A stretch of DNA of 64,000 nt from Bordetella parapertussis (GCA_945864585.1 CAMBCF010000004.1:762-64761), one strand, 5' to 3'; positions 52,973 to 64,000 are shown, counted from the stretch's first letter. The notes: a model not told the origin generated them from the letters alone. Program-made: numbers and translations.

Positions 52973-55900
52973 TCACGCGGCCTCGGACAACTTCATCGCT
53001 TCCTCGATATCCACCGCCACCACGCGCGATACACCCGCTTCCTGCATGGTGATGCCGAGCAGCTGCTGGGCCATTTCCATGGTGATTTTGTTGTGGCTGA
53101 TAAACAGAAACTGTGAGTGGTTCGCCATTTTTTTCACCAGATCGCAAAAGCGTTCGGTGTTGGTGTCATCCAGCGGCGCGTCCACCTCATCCAGCAGGCA
53201 AAACGGCGCGGGATTCAAACGAAATATCGCGAACACCAGCGCCAGCGCGGTCAGCGCTTTCTCGCCACCTGAGAGCAAATGGATCGAAGCGGTTTTCTTG
53301 CCCGGCGGCTGCGCGGTGACATGCACGCCGCAGTCGAGGATTTCCTCGCCGGTCAGCGTAAGTTTGGCCTGTCCGCCGCCAAACAAGGCGGGGAACATTT
53401 CGCCAAAATGCCGATTGACCTCATCAAATGTGGTTTGCAGCCGTTCGCGCGTGTCACGGTCGATGCGGCGTATCGCGTCTTCGAGCGTGGCCATGGCATC
53501 GGTCAGGTCGCGTGACTGCGCATCCAGGTAATCGCGGCGCTCGGTGGCAGCTGTCAATTCTTCGAGCGCGGCAAGATTAACCGCCCCCAGCGCACGAATT
53601 TCCTCGCCGAGGCGATTGATTTCCGCTTGCAAGGCATGCGAGCGCGTGCCTTTTTCGAGCAGCGCCGCCAACGCTGCTTCGTCGGCACCGGCGTCGAACA
53701 GTTGCTGTGCGTATTGCTCTTCGGTAATGCGCGCCTCCTGCTCCTTCAAGCGCACCTCGGCGATGCGCTCGCGCAGCGGCCCGAGTTTTTGCTCGCAGCT
53801 GATGCGCTCCTGCTCGACGCCGCGCAACTGCGTTTCCATGCCTTCCAGCACGTCACGAGCCTGCGCCAGCGCCTGTTCGCGCGTTACCCGTGTTTCGAGC
53901 ATGCGCTGTAGTTGCATTTGCCACGGCGCTTCATCGTAACCTGACAAGTCCTGTGCTGACTCGCCAAGGCTCGTTTCGAGCGCCGAAATAGAGGCGCTTA
54001 AGCGCTCAATGGATAGCTCTATCTCATTGATTTTATTGATAACTGTTTTTCGTGCAAACTCAGCTTCCTGCTGCGCCTGACGCGCGCCTTCGAGTAACTG
54101 CCGTTGCGCATTGAGCGCGGCCTCCGCGCTGCGGTGGCTGGCGGCGGATTGCTCCACTTGTGCGGAAAATGCAGTGCATTCGGTTTGCAACTGCGCGACG
54201 GCGGCCTCGGCGTTATGGCGATTCACCGTCTCGGCCGCCGCCAGAGCCGCAATCTCCGCCAATTCGGTGGCGATTTGTTCGCCGCGTTGGGTGGCGCGCT
54301 GCGCCTGCTCCGAGGCGCGAACGGCTGCGACTTGCGCATCATGAAACGCACTCAGCGCCAGATTTACCGCCTGCCGTAATTCGACGCTTTCGCCGCGGCA
54401 CTGATCAATCGCTGTCTGGGCTTCTGCCACGGTGGTTTTCAAACCGTCCGCTGCCGCCATCAGCGTCTGCAGATCAGCGCCCGCGTTTTCAATTTCTCGC
54501 TGTCGCGACAATACCCCATGCAACTCGCTGTCGGGCGCGTGAAAACTCACACTGTGGCGCGTAAACACATAACCATTCGCAGACACCAGGGTAGTGCCGG
54601 GTGGCAATTGCGCACGCTGCGCCATGCCTGCCGCGCTATCAGAAACGGTATACACGCCATGCAGCCACTCATTCACCACCGCCTGCAGACGCGCATCGCG
54701 GCAGATGACATAGTCTTTGAGCGGCTTGAGTTGCGCCCAACCTTGCATGTCTTGCGGGCTGGCCGCCGCAGCACCATCGTGCAAATCAATCACGGTCAAT
54801 TTTCCCGGTGGCGCCTGGGTTAACCACGCCGCGGCACTATCCACAGGGTCGAGCGCGATTCCGTTCAAACGCTCGCGCAGCACGGCTTCCAGCGCATCTT
54901 CCCAACCCACGGCAATTTCAATACCCTGCCAGAATCGCGGCGATTTATCGAAATGGCATGCGGCAAGCCAGCCTTCCATAGCCGCGCCGTTCGCGCCTTT
55001 GGCGAGTTTGGCCTGCAACTGCGACAACGCTTCTATACGCGCTTGCACCGCAGCGACTTTTTGCACAGCAGTATCCAGGTCGGTCTGGCGCTCGCGCGCC
55101 GTCTGCTCCAATTGCGGAATGCGCTGTTCGCTGCGCTCAAGCCGCTCGCGCTGCTCGGCAAGCTGTTGCTCGCAGCGTTGTGTGTGCGCACTCAATTGCC
55201 CCAGCAAAACCGCTTCCACCACCGGCAGCGCATTGCGTTCGCCGCTCAAACGGTACTCGCGCTGCGCGAACTGTTCCAGCAAGCGTGCGGCGTGGCCGCT
55301 TTGGGTGTGCTCGACTTGCAGGCGCTGCTGCACCTGCGCCAGACTCTGCTGCGCCGCATCGCGCCGCTCATAACTGGCGCGATGCGCGGCCTCGGCCAAC
55401 GGCAGCTTTTCGGCTTGCGCAGCCACTTCCGTCGCACTCACGCTCAGCCGCGTGTCCGCGTGCGCGCGCGCGTCGCGCGATTCGTCCAGCCCGCGCTGCG
55501 CGGACAACAGCTGCGTATGGTTTTCATCCCGCTGCGAACGCAGTGTGTCCATGTAATGTTCGATACGCGCGCGGTTTTCGCGCACATGGGTAATCTGCTG
55601 TTCCAGCCGCGCGACCTCGGCGTTGGACTCGTAGAGCGCGCCTTGACACGCATGCAACGCGTCTCCCGCCTGATAGTGTTCGCTGCGCAGTTGTTCAAGG
55701 CGTTTTTCGGCTTCGCGCAGGCGCGCTGTTTCTGCTTCGAGTTCGACCCCGGCGCGCTCGACTTCACGCGCATAACGAGCGCGTGCGGCCAGCGCTTCTT
55801 TTTTGCGCGTGAACCACAGCAAACTCTGCGAGGTGCCGAGCTCACCCTGCAGCTGGTGATACTGGCGCGCGACTTCGGCTTGCGCCTGCAGATGTTCGAG

Positions 55901-56512
55901 CTGCTTCACCAGCTCCTGACGAATGTCATCCACGCGCAGCAGATTTTCACGCGTGTCTTTCAAGCGGGCTTCCGTTTCACGCCGCCGCTCGCGGTATCTG
56001 GAAACACCCGCTGCTTCTTCGAGAAACACCCGCAACTCTTCGGGTTTGGCCTCGATCACACGTGAAATCATGCCCTGCTCAATGATCGCATACGCGCGCG
56101 CACCGAGGCCGGTACCCAGAAAAATATCAGCAATATCGCGCCGCCGCACAGGAATATTGTTGATGTAATACGCGGAATCGCCATCGCGCTCGAGCACACG
56201 CTTGACGGAAATTTCACCGTACGAGGACCACTGCCCCCCGGCTTTGCCCAGACTGTTGTCGAACAACAGTTCGACACTTGCGCGATTGACCGGCTTGCGT
56301 TCGCCGGAGCCGTTAAACAGAACGTCCTGCATGGTGGCGCCGCGCAAATGACGCGCTGAAGTTTCGCCGAGCACCCAGCGTACCGCGTCGATCACATTGG
56401 ATTTACCGCAGCCGTTGGGGCCGACAATACCGACCAGTTGACCGGGCACTGGAATCTGTGTGGGGTCAACGAATGATTTGAAGCCTGCGAGATTGATATG
56501 AGTGAGGCGCAA
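52973..56512 (-). CDS. smc: chromosome segregation protein SMC
   Basis: 1179 aa with Walker A GPNGCGKSN, long coiled coils, a hinge, signature LSGGEKALTALA and Walker B LLDEVDAPLD. Confidence 0.96.
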   Translation of the reverse strand: MRLTHINLAGFKSFVDPTQIPVPGQLVGIVGPNGCGKSNVIDAVRWVLGETSARHLRGATMQDVLFNGSGERKPVNRASVELLFDNSLGKAGGQWSSYGEISVKRVLERDGDSAYYINNIPVRRRDIADIFLGTGLGARAYAIIEQGMISRVIEAKPEELRVFLEEAAGVSRYRERRRETEARLKDTRENLLRVDDIRQELVKQLEHLQAQAEVARQYHQLQGELGTSQSLLWFTRKKEALAARARYAREVERAGVELEAETARLREAEKRLEQLRSEHYQAGDALHACQGALYESNAEVARLEQQITHVRENRARIEHYMDTLRSQRDENHTQLLSAQRGLDESRDARAHADTRLSVSATEVAAQAEKLPLAEAAHRASYERRDAAQQSLAQVQQRLQVEHTQSGHAARLLEQFAQREYRLSGERNALPVVEAVLLGQLSAHTQRCEQQLAEQRERLERSEQRIPQLEQTARERQTDLDTAVQKVAAVQARIEALSQLQAKLAKGANGAAMEGWLAACHFDKSPRFWQGIEIAVGWEDALEAVLRERLNGIALDPVDSAAAWLTQAPPGKLTVIDLHDGAAAASPQDMQGWAQLKPLKDYVICRDARLQAVVNEWLHGVYTVSDSAAGMAQRAQLPPGTTLVSANGYVFTRHSVSFHAPDSELHGVLSRQREIENAGADLQTLMAAADGLKTTVAEAQTAIDQCRGESVELRQAVNLALSAFHDAQVAAVRASEQAQRATQRGEQIATELAEIAALAAAETVNRHNAEAAVAQLQTECTAFSAQVEQSAASHRSAEAALNAQRQLLEGARQAQQEAEFARKTVINKINEIELSIERLSASISALETSLGESAQDLSGYDEAPWQMQLQRMLETRVTREQALAQARDVLEGMETQLRGVEQERISCEQKLGPLRERIAEVRLKEQEARITEEQYAQQLFDAGADEAALAALLEKGTRSHALQAEINRLGEEIRALGAVNLAALEELTAATERRDYLDAQSRDLTDAMATLEDAIRRIDRDTRERLQTTFDEVNRHFGEMFPALFGGGQAKLTLTGEEILDCGVHVTAQPPGKKTASIHLLSGGEKALTALALVFAIFRLNPAPFCLLDEVDAPLDDTNTERFCDLVKKMANHSQFLFISHNKITMEMAQQLLGITMQEAGVSRVVAVDIEEAMKLSEAA

Positions 56513-56597
56513 TTTCCAGCTTCGGCAAAGGTTATAATCGGCGTCAAATTCCAGCGCGCTATTCTAACCGATTCTCAGTGTACCTCCCTTGCGAATA

Positions 56598-57014
56598 ATG
56601 CCCGTCAAGCCTTCAAAACCGCTCGAAACTTTTGTCAATCCGGCGCCGCGCCGCGGCTACCGGATTCACATGGAAATTCCTGAATTTACTTGTCTTTGTC
56701 CAAAAACCGGGCAGCCGGATTTCGCCACTTTGGTGCTGGATTATGTGCCCGATAAGCGCTGCGTCGAATTAAAAAGTCTGAAACTTTACGTGGGGGCGTT
56801 CCGCAACCAGGGCGCCTATCACGAAGCCGTAACCAATCAAATACTCGATGATTTAACCCTGGCGCTGCACCCGCGCTTCATGCGCCTGGCCGCGCATTTC
56901 TACGTGCGCGGCGGCATTTTCACCACCGTCGTCGCCGAGTACGCACAGCGTGGCTGGAACAACGCCAGGCTGCCCGGCTACGCGACAGCCCCGACACCGC
57001 CCAATACCCGCTGA
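56598..57014 (+). CDS. queF: NADPH-dependent 7-cyano-7-deazaguanine reductase, short (type I) form
   Basis: Catalytic Cys context [13 protein letters not shown] and the QueF motif ELKSLKLYV. Confidence 0.85.
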   Translation: MPVKPSKPLETFVNPAPRRGYRIHMEIPEFTCLCPKTGQPDFATLVLDYVPDKRCVELKSLKLYVGAFRNQGAYHEAVTNQILDDLTLALHPRFMRLAAHFYVRGGIFTTVVAEYAQRGWNNARLPGYATAPTPPNTR

Positions 57015-57073
57015 CCATGCACGCTGACAACGCTGGCGAGAAAACTATTCTCTCTATAATACAAGGACTTAAA

Positions 57074-57895
57074 GTGTCAACACTACAAACCATTATCGAT
57101 GCAGCGTGGGATGACAGGGCGCGCATCTCACCCGCCAGCGCGAGCAAGGAATTGCGCGATGCCGTCAACGAAACTATCGATCAGCTCGATTGCGGCAGCT
57201 TGCGCGTCGCTGAAAAAATCGATGGCCAGTGGCACACCCACCAGTGGGCAAAAAAAGCGGTGTTGCTGTCGTTCCGACTACAGGATAACGCGGTTTTGCA
57301 AGACGGCTATTCTCAGTATTACGACAAAGTGCCGTCAAAATTCAGCGGCATGTCGGCGGCGGCGTTTCAGCAGGCGGGCTATCGCGTGGTGCCGCCCGCT
57401 GCCGCGCGCCGCGGTTCATTCATCGCAAAAAACGTGATTTTGATGCCTTCATTCGTCAACATTGGGGCCTACGTGGATGAAGGCACCATGGTGGATACCT
57501 GGGCGACGGTTGGTTCCTGCGCGCAAATCGGCAAAAACGTGCACCTGTCGGGCGGCGTGGGCATCGGCGGCGTGCTCGAGCCGCTGCAAGCCAATCCAAC
57601 CATCATCGAGGACAACTGCTTTGTCGGCGCACGCTCCGAAATCGTTGAAGGCGTGGTGGTCGAAACCGGCGCGGTGATTTCGATGGGCGTATTCATTGGC
57701 CAGAGCACGAAAATCTATCATCGCGAAAGCGGCCAGGTGCTGTACGGGCGCGTGCCGGCGGGTTCTGTGGTGGTGCCAGGGTCACTGCCCTCGCCGCGCG
57801 GCGAATGCAATCTGTACTGTGCGGTAATCGTGAAACAGGTCGATGCCCAAACCCGCGCCAAGACCAGCATAAATGACCTGCTGCGCGCGGATTAG
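57074..57895 (+). CDS. dapD: 2,3,4,5-tetrahydropyridine-2,6-dicarboxylate N-succinyltransferase
   Basis: The GTG at 57074 gives [19 protein letters not shown], followed by C-terminal hexapeptide repeats. Confidence 0.9.
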   Translation: MSTLQTIIDAAWDDRARISPASASKELRDAVNETIDQLDCGSLRVAEKIDGQWHTHQWAKKAVLLSFRLQDNAVLQDGYSQYYDKVPSKFSGMSAAAFQQAGYRVVPPAAARRGSFIAKNVILMPSFVNIGAYVDEGTMVDTWATVGSCAQIGKNVHLSGGVGIGGVLEPLQANPTIIEDNCFVGARSEIVEGVVVETGAVISMGVFIGQSTKIYHRESGQVLYGRVPAGSVVVPGSLPSPRGECNLYCAVIVKQVDAQTRAKTSINDLLRAD

Positions 57896-57933
57896 CGTAC
57901 TATTGCATACGTCATACCTCGGGAGGAAAAATC

Positions 57934-59118
57934 ATGTTTGTTACGCCGTTGTTCAAACTGATGGCCGACAAGCAGGCATCAGACCTGTTTTTTACCTGTG
58001 GCGCGCCGATACAAATCAAGATTAATGGTGTGGTGATGCCCATCAACGATCAGAGATTGACGCCTGATCAGGTACATGCCATCTGCTACGAATTGATGAA
58101 TCCGCAGCAGACCAAGGAGTTCGACGAAATCCACGAAATGAATTTCGCGCGGCGCGGCGAGGCCGGTCCCGACGGCGAGGTAGGCAATTTTCGCATTAAT
58201 ATTTTTCAGCAACGCAACACCGTCGGCATGGTGATCCGCTACATCAAACCCGCCATACCCGAATTCGATACACTCGGACTGCCGGCGGTGCTGAAAGACG
58301 TGATCATGGAAAAGCTGGGGCTGATCCTGATTGTGGGATCAACTGGTTCCGGTAAATCCACCACCATGGCATCGATGATCGACTATCGCAATAGCACGCG
58401 CTCCGGACATATACTGACCATTGAAGACCCGGTGGAATTCGCGTTCAAGCACAAGAAATCCATCGTCAATCAGCGTGAAGTGCGGGTTGACACCCGATCC
58501 TATGAAGCCGCGCTGATCAGTGCCATGCGCGAAGCGCCCGACCTGCTGATGATCGGCGAGGTGCGTGACAAAGACACCCTGCAAAGCGCCCTGCTGTTCG
58601 CGCAAACCGGTCACCTGTGCATGACCACGCTGCACGCCAACAACAGCTACAACGCGCTAAACCGTATTGTCAACTTCTTTCCGCGCGACATGCGCGATGC
58701 GGTACTCGCCGACCTCTCCATCGGCGTGCGCTGTGTGATTTCGCAGCGTTTGGTGCGCACCGCGGACGATCGCCGTGTGCCGGCAGTGGAAGTGATGCTC
58801 AACACCAAGTTCATTCAGGAACTGATCGCCAAGGGCGACCTCGGCGCGATCAAGGAAGCGATGGAGCAGAGTATGGCGCCCGGATCGCAAACTTTTGAAC
58901 AGGCCCTGTTCAAGCACTACAAGGCGGGAACCATTACGCTGGATGAAGCACTCGCCAATTCCGATTCGCCCACCAATCTGCGCTGGCTCATCGACAATGC
59001 GATGCCCGGCACGGATGATAAATCCAAGCCCGCGCCATCCGCTAGCGCCGCGCACGGCATGCCCAAGCCAGCGGACGACATTTCCAGCATCAAGCTCAAT
59101 CTTGACGCATTGAATTAG
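57934..59118 (+). CDS. PilT/PilU-family type IV pilus retraction-type ATPase (solitary)
   Basis: Walker A GSTGSGKST, Asp box ILTIEDPVEF, Walker B LLMIGEVRD and His box TGHLCMTTLHAN. A ~40-aa Pro/Ala/Ser-rich C-terminal tail follows. Confidence 0.85.
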   Translation: MFVTPLFKLMADKQASDLFFTCGAPIQIKINGVVMPINDQRLTPDQVHAICYELMNPQQTKEFDEIHEMNFARRGEAGPDGEVGNFRINIFQQRNTVGMVIRYIKPAIPEFDTLGLPAVLKDVIMEKLGLILIVGSTGSGKSTTMASMIDYRNSTRSGHILTIEDPVEFAFKHKKSIVNQREVRVDTRSYEAALISAMREAPDLLMIGEVRDKDTLQSALLFAQTGHLCMTTLHANNSYNALNRIVNFFPRDMRDAVLADLSIGVRCVISQRLVRTADDRRVPAVEVMLNTKFIQELIAKGDLGAIKEAMEQSMAPGSQTFEQALFKHYKAGTITLDEALANSDSPTNLRWLIDNAMPGTDDKSKPAPSASAAHGMPKPADDISSIKLNLDALN

Positions 59119-59142
59119 CCCGCTCAGTCGGATGACTGGCGC

Positions 59143-60045
59143 GTGACTGGCGTGCGCTCCGCCGTGCCGGCCACCGTCGGCAGCCTGGTCAGTCGTGGCG
59201 TAGGGTTGTTCACGCAGGCGCGCCTTGCGTTCGGGCACGGCGTCACCAACGCGCGTGATGAAGCGATCTACCTCACGTTGCACACGCTGAAACTGCCGCT
59301 TGATCAGTTGCCGGTTGCACGCAAAGTGACTGCTGCAGACGCAGCGAGGGTGCTCGCGCTGTTCGAGCGGCGCATCCGCGAACGCAAGCCCGCAGCCTAT
59401 CTTACGCAGGAAGCGTGGCTGGGCAGGCACCGTTTTTTTGTCGATGAGCGGGTTATCGTGCCGCGCTCGTATATCGCGGAACTGCTGTTCGACTATGATT
59501 TCCCCTATCTGCCTGCAGCCCGCAAGGTACGTCGCGCGCTCGACCTGTGCACCGGGTCGGGTTGCCTTGCGATAGTGCTTGCCAAACGTTATCGCGCAGC
59601 GCACGTGGATGCAACGGATGTAGCGCCTGGCGCACTGCAAGTCGCTGCCATCAACGTACGCAAACATCGCTTGCAGGGTAGAGTTACGTTATTGCTTTCA
59701 AACTACTTTTCCGCACTGAAAAAGCGCCGCTACGATCTCATCCTGAGCAACCCGCCATACGTGCGCAGCGCCGTCATGCGCACGCTGCCGCGCGAATACA
59801 AAAGCGAACCCGCGCTGGCGCTGGGCGCCGGCCGTGATGGCCTGGATGCGCTGCGCGTGATACTTGCCGAGGCCGCGCGCCATCTCAATCCCGCTGGCGT
59901 GCTGGTGGTGGAATGCGGTCACGCGCGCACGTTGGTGGAGCGCACCTGGCCGCGCTTGCCGTTCCTGTGGGCGGAAACTTCGGGCGGTGACGATTGCGTG
60001 TTCATTTTGACGCGCGAGGATTTACCAGCGCCACCAGCTGCTTGA
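59143..60045 (+). CDS. prmB: 50S ribosomal protein L3 glutamine N5-methyltransferase
   Basis: Contains FFVDERVIVPRS, LCTGSGCLAI and the NPPY motif. Confidence 0.88.
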   Translation: MTGVRSAVPATVGSLVSRGVGLFTQARLAFGHGVTNARDEAIYLTLHTLKLPLDQLPVARKVTAADAARVLALFERRIRERKPAAYLTQEAWLGRHRFFVDERVIVPRSYIAELLFDYDFPYLPAARKVRRALDLCTGSGCLAIVLAKRYRAAHVDATDVAPGALQVAAINVRKHRLQGRVTLLLSNYFSALKKRRYDLILSNPPYVRSAVMRTLPREYKSEPALALGAGRDGLDALRVILAEAARHLNPAGVLVVECGHARTLVERTWPRLPFLWAETSGGDDCVFILTREDLPAPPAA

Positions 60046-60925
60046 CTTCCCCCTGCGGCAACTCCTCGATTTGCCCGCGCTTCAGGCGGGGCGGCAATTG
60101 CAGCGGGCCAAAGCGCACGCGCATCAGCCGGCTGACGGTAAAGCCCACCGCCTCGAACATGCGCCGCACCATGCGATTGCGCCCCTCGCTCAAGGTTAAT
60201 CGATACCAGTGATTTGAGCCTTCGCCGCCTTCGTCGATCAGCGTGTCGCAGCGCGCCGGACCGTCTTCCAGCGTGACGCCGTCCAGCAGCATGCTGCCTT
60301 GCGCATCGGATAATTTGCCAAACACGCGCACCGCGTACTCGCGCTCTACCGCAAAGCGCGGATGCATCATGCCGTTGGCCAACTCGCCCGAGGTGGTAAA
60401 GATCAACAAGCCGCTGGTGCTGACATCCAGCCGCCCTATCGACAGCCAGCGTGAACCGCGCAGACGCGGCAGGCGTGTGAACACCGTTTCACGGCCCTGC
60501 GGATCATCGCGGGTGACGATTTCGCCTTCGGGCTTGTGGTAGAGCAGCACGCGCGGCGTTTGCGCACTGTCTTCGACGCGCACGTCGCGGCCATCGGCCT
60601 GTATGCGGTCCAGCGGCGACACCCGGGCGCCGATGCCCGCCACCTTGCCGTTGACCGTGATGCGCCCGGCTTGAATCCAGGTCTCCATTGCACGGCGCGA
60701 TCCCAATCCCGACTGCGCCAGTATTTTTTGCAGCTTTTGGCTTTGCGCCACAATCTCGGCCCCGCTGTCACGCCGGCCGCGCGGACCGCGCGGCCCGCGC
60801 ACGTAAGGCTCGCCACGCGCATCCGTGGATGACGGCGCCGCATCGGGCGTCCGCGTCGCCGCCGCTTTTCGGCGCGGCGGCCGCTGCGGGCGCTGCGGGG
60901 ATTTAGCGGACGGCACGGCGTTCAA
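60002..60925 (-). CDS. rluB: 23S rRNA pseudouridine synthase RluB-like
   Basis: S4 domain, catalytic [14 protein letters not shown] and an Arg/Pro-rich N-terminal extension. Exact start is uncertain. Confidence 0.85.
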   Translation of the reverse strand: MNAVPSAKSPQRPQRPPRRKAAATRTPDAAPSSTDARGEPYVRGPRGPRGRRDSGAEIVAQSQKLQKILAQSGLGSRRAMETWIQAGRITVNGKVAGIGARVSPLDRIQADGRDVRVEDSAQTPRVLLYHKPEGEIVTRDDPQGRETVFTRLPRLRGSRWLSIGRLDVSTSGLLIFTTSGELANGMMHPRFAVEREYAVRVFGKLSDAQGSMLLDGVTLEDGPARCDTLIDEGGEGSNHWYRLTLSEGRNRMVRRMFEAVGFTVSRLMRVRFGPLQLPPRLKRGQIEELPQGEVKQLVALVNPRASK

Positions 60926-61502
60926 TCACGGCTTGCGCCAGGGTGCCGCTATCCACATGATCAAGCTCGCCCCCCACCGGAAGACCGCGCGCGATACGCG
61001 TAACGCGGATGCCCCGCGCAGCCAGCAACTCGCCGACATAGTGCGCAGTGGCCTCGCCCTCGGCAGTGAAGTTCGTCGCCAGCACCGCCTCGCTGACTAT
61101 GCCATCGGTAGCGCGTTTCAACAGCCGATCGAGGTGTATCTCCCTGGGGCCTACGCCATCAAGGGGTGACAACACACCGGCCAGCACGAAATACAGTCCG
61201 CTATAACTCTGTGTCTGTTCGATCCGCAGCAAATCCGCGGGTGATTCCACCACACACAGCAGGCTGGCGTCGCGGCGCGTGGACGCGCACAAATCGCACA
61301 GCGTTTCCTCGGAAAACGAATTACATTTCTCGCAATGACGTATGCGCTCAAGCGCCGCGCGCAATGCGCCGGACAAGCGCGCTGCGCCCGCCTGATCACG
61401 TTGCAACAGGTGATATGCCATGCGTTGCGCCGATTTCGGCCCCACGCCCGGCAGGCAGCGCAAGGCTGTCATCAGTTCTTCGAGTGCGGATGGCGGCTTC
61501 AT
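60903..61502 (-). CDS. recR: recombination protein RecR
   Basis: Hh[14 protein letters not shown], Cys4 zinc finger and a Toprim domain. Confidence 0.95.
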   Translation of the reverse strand: MKPPSALEELMTALRCLPGVGPKSAQRMAYHLLQRDQAGAARLSGALRAALERIRHCEKCNSFSEETLCDLCASTRRDASLLCVVESPADLLRIEQTQSYSGLYFVLAGVLSPLDGVGPREIHLDRLLKRATDGIVSEAVLATNFTAEGEATAHYVGELLAARGIRVTRIARGLPVGGELDHVDSGTLAQAVIERRAVR

Positions 61503-61530
61503 AGGTTATACCGCGCTTTCCTGGCGCTGC

Positions 61531-61857
61531 TCAAAACGGCATCTTGAAACCCGGCGGCAGCGGCATGCCCGCCGTGATGCCGGACATTTTTTCCTGGCGC
61601 GTCGATTCAACGCGCCGCACCGCATCGTTAATCGCGGCGGCGATCAGGTCTTCGAGCATATCTTTATCATCTTTCAGCAGGCTGTCGTCGATGGTCACAC
61701 GGCGCGCGCCGTACTGGCAGGTCATGGTGACTTTGACCATGCCGGCGCCCGCCTGACCTTCAACTTCCATGGTCGCGAGCTGCGCCTGCATTTTTTGCAT
61801 GTTGTCCTGCATCTGCTGCGCCTGTTTCATCAGCCCTGCAAGCTGGTTTTTCATCAT
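61531..61857 (-). CDS. ybaB: nucleoid-associated protein YbaB/EbfC
   Basis: 108 aa, in the conserved dnaX-ybaB-recR order. Confidence 0.93.
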   Translation of the reverse strand: MMKNQLAGLMKQAQQMQDNMQKMQAQLATMEVEGQAGAGMVKVTMTCQYGARRVTIDDSLLKDDKDMLEDLIAAAINDAVRRVESTRQEKMSGITAGMPLPPGFKMPF

Positions 61858-61867
61858 GATGGTTTCC

Positions 61868-63439
61868 TCATGGATTCGGTTTGATCGAAGATTCTTTCAC
61901 GCGCGCGCCGAAAGTATCGACCAATTCCCTGACGAACGGATCACCCTCAATCTCCCGCACCGCCTGCGCCTGGCGCTCCTGCTGCTCGCGGCTGGCGATG
62001 AACGCGGGTGAATTGATCGCGCCGTGCGCGACCTGGATGGTCACTTTGAACGCCGCGCCGTAGCGCTGCTGTAAAGCCGCTTTGAGCCGGCCCTGATGTG
62101 CGCCATCGAGCAGATGCTCCTGCGCCTTGGGCAGGCTCAAAACGATTTGCGTCGCCTCCAGCTGCGTCATCTCGCAGTGCTGCGCGAGTTGTTTGGTCAT
62201 GCCGGTCACGCCCAACTGCTGCACCAGCTCGTCCCATGTCACGTTGATGCTGGCCGCCGCCGGCGCGGACACGTTAGTTTCCGCCGCAGCAGCAGGGCGG
62301 CCCGCTGCCGGTAACGGTGGCGCAGAAATCGCCGCTGCCGGTCGCGCCAGCGGCGAGCCGGCCGGCGCGAACGCCAGCATGCGCAACAAGGTCATGGTAA
62401 ATCCGGCATATTCGTCCGGCGCCAGACCGATATCCTGGCGGCCCTGCATAACGATTTGATAATAAAGCTGAATTTCGTCCGCGCCGAATTGCGCTGAAAG
62501 CCCCAGTAGTGGCTCGCGATCAGGATCGTCATCAGCCACGGTGGCGGGAATTTTCTGCGCCAGCGCCAGGCGGTGCAGCAAGCTGCCCAAATCCAGCAAC
62601 GCGGCTTCAAACGACAGGCTGCGCGCCGCCATGTCATCGGCCTTTTGCATCATCGCCGCGCCATCGCTGCGCGCCAGCGCTTCGAGCAGGGCAAACAGAT
62701 GCTGCTGATCAACCGCTCCCAGCATAGCGCGGGTCGAGGCTTCATCAACTTTGCCGCCGCCGTGCGCAATCGCCTGATCCAGCAGTGACAGCGAGTCGCG
62801 CAGGCTGCCCTGCGCGGCACGCGCGATCAACGCCAGCGCTGGCAGCTCGAAGGCCACCTGCTCGGCCTCGAGCACGTACGCCAGCCGGCCAGCGATCTGC
62901 TCGCGCGGGATTTGTTTCAGATTGAACTGCAGGCATCGCGACAGCACTGTCACCGGAATTTTTTGCGGATCCGTGGTGGCGAGTATGAACTTGACGTGCG
63001 CCGGCGGCTCTTCCAGTGTTTTCAGCATGGCATTGAACGCAAAGCGCGACAGCATGTGCACTTCGTCGATGATGTAGACCTTGAAGCGTCCGCTCGACGG
63101 CGCATACAGCGCGTTTTCCAGAAGTTCGCGCATGTTGTCGACTTGCGTGTTGGATGCTGCATCCAGCTCAACCAGATCGACAAAGCGGCCGGCATCAATT
63201 TCGCTGCAAGCGCGGCAGGTGCCACAGGGCGTATCGGAGATGCCGGCTTCACAATTGAGCGCTTTGGCAATAATACGCGCCAGCGTGGTTTTGCCCACAC
63301 CCCGTGTGCCGGTAAACAAATACGCGTGATGCAGCCGCTGCTGCTTCAAGGCATTGCCGAGCGCGCGGACAACATGCTCTTGTCCGACGAGTTCAGCAAA
63401 GGTTTTGGGACGCCACTTGCGGGCGAGTACTTGCGTCAC
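61868..63439 (-). CDS. dnaX: DNA polymerase III subunit gamma/tau
   Basis: The GTG at 63439 gives [23 protein letters not shown], with Walker [10 protein letters not shown]. The longer ORF reaching 63625 overlaps the SRP RNA and was rejected. Confidence 0.9.
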   Translation of the reverse strand: MTQVLARKWRPKTFAELVGQEHVVRALGNALKQQRLHHAYLFTGTRGVGKTTLARIIAKALNCEAGISDTPCGTCRACSEIDAGRFVDLVELDAASNTQVDNMRELLENALYAPSSGRFKVYIIDEVHMLSRFAFNAMLKTLEEPPAHVKFILATTDPQKIPVTVLSRCLQFNLKQIPREQIAGRLAYVLEAEQVAFELPALALIARAAQGSLRDSLSLLDQAIAHGGGKVDEASTRAMLGAVDQQHLFALLEALARSDGAAMMQKADDMAARSLSFEAALLDLGSLLHRLALAQKIPATVADDDPDREPLLGLSAQFGADEIQLYYQIVMQGRQDIGLAPDEYAGFTMTLLRMLAFAPAGSPLARPAAAISAPPLPAAGRPAAAAETNVSAPAAASINVTWDELVQQLGVTGMTKQLAQHCEMTQLEATQIVLSLPKAQEHLLDGAHQGRLKAALQQRYGAAFKVTIQVAHGAINSPAFIASREQQERQAQAVREIEGDPFVRELVDTFGARVKESSIKPNP

Positions 63440-63524
63440 GACAGTGCGGCAACCGGTAACACGGAAGCCGTATTGTACGCTGCTTCGCGCGTGCTGTTTA
63501 CCCCGGTAAAAGCTTTGAATAAAG

Positions 63525-63628
63525 GGTGGCGAGCCTGACCCCCGGCACTTGCAGAGAATAGCTTTGGCTGCTTCCTTCCGGACCTGACCAGGTTCACTAC
63601 CATGCAATGCGGGGAGGCCCGCCATGGG
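63525..63628 (-). ncRNA. ffs: signal recognition particle RNA (4.5S, small bacterial type)
   Basis: The minus strand reads GGCGGGCCUCCCCGC...CCUGGUCAGGUCCGGAAGGAAGCAGCCAAAG...GCCGGGGGUCAGGCUCGCC. The conserved domain IV core matches the E. coli 4.5S RNA, the ends pair, and the position upstream of dnaX is classical. Ends are approximate. Confidence 0.85.
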
Positions 63629-63743
63629 ACTACAAGTATCTACGAATTAAGCTGTTTTTCCTAATGTCGTGACGATACACCGCAAAAATACCGGCGGCTG
63701 TTGCGTCGCGCATACAGGCGCGCCAGCCAGCCGCTGCAAGCGC

Positions 63744-64000
63744 TCAAGTAGCCGGCAATAGCTGGATCGGATCAACCGGTTTTCCCTGGCGGCGGATCTC
63801 AAAGTGCAATTTCACCTGATCCGCATCCGAACTGCCCATTTCTGCTATGCGCTGACCTTTGCCGACGGCTTGACCTTCCTTCACCAGCAAATTTTCGTTG
63901 TGTGCGTAAACGCTCAGGTAATTGCTGTTGTGACGGATCACCACCAGTTTGCCGAGGCCGCGTATACCCGTGCCGCTAAAAATCACCCGCCCGCCAGCAC
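63744..64000 (-). CDS. M23-family peptidase (NlpD/LysM-lipoprotein-like), C-terminal part; 5' end outside window
   Basis: The M23 C-terminal signature LVVIRHNSNYLSVYAHNENLLVKEGQAVGKGQRIAEMGSS...KLHFEIR is present. Confidence 0.8.
   Translation of the reverse strand, partial: AGGRVIFSGTGIRGLGKLVVIRHNSNYLSVYAHNENLLVKEGQAVGKGQRIAEMGSSDADQVKLHFEIRRQGKPVDPIQLLPAT

Noticed and set aside
61868-63439. Programmed -1 frameshift site in dnaX (gamma subunit production).
   Set aside because: I saw no A-AAA-AAG-type heptamer in the central or C-terminal part of the gene. The only A6 run (near 62969..62974, CAAAAAATT on the coding strand) lies in the N-terminal ATPase domain.
63440-63625. 62-codon N-terminal extension of the dnaX ORF (MAGLPALHGSEPGQVRKEAAKAIL...).
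   Set aside because: This stretch is the SRP (4.5S) RNA gene read as protein. The conserved DnaX N-terminus ([14 protein letters not shown]) begins at the GTG at 63439.

Overview
GC-rich proteobacterial chromosome segment; the gene order looks beta- or gammaproteobacterial. About two thirds is conserved housekeeping DNA. The largest block is a long minus-strand run, rnhB-lpxB-lpxA-fabZ-lpxD-skp-bamA-rseP-dxr-cdsA-uppS-frr-pyrH-tsf-rpsB. It is followed by map-glnD, def, an MTA-phosphorylase-like gene, galU, hpt, ligA-zipA-smc, queF, dapD, a solitary PilT/PilU-like ATPase, prmB, rluB, recR-ybaB-dnaX with the SRP RNA upstream, and a partial M23 peptidase gene. The left third carries etfBA, an AttEFGH-like ABC system, gor, a mitochondrial-type aconitase with a lysine/alanine-rich tail, sorAB sulfite dehydrogenase and ppsA/ppsR. 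Accessory or decayed DNA is concentrated at about 14.4-21.3 kb and 24.8-25.6 kb. It holds four fragments of IS91-family (HUH/Y2) transposase genes, three pieces of ppsA and a prpF 5' stub, a 106-nt structured repeat in two copies, REP-like hairpins, three VapC-type toxin-antitoxin loci (one intact, one frameshifted in an A8 tract, one deletion-fused) and an AT-richer block of small orphan genes. The most function-relevant oddity is a divergent pair at 26.5-28.8 kb: an EgtB/SenA-like synthase and a SenB-like glycosyltransferase, with no selD or egtD partner in the window. No CRISPR array, rRNA or tRNA gene was seen. All calls rest on reading the sequence and ORF translations by eye; no database search was run.
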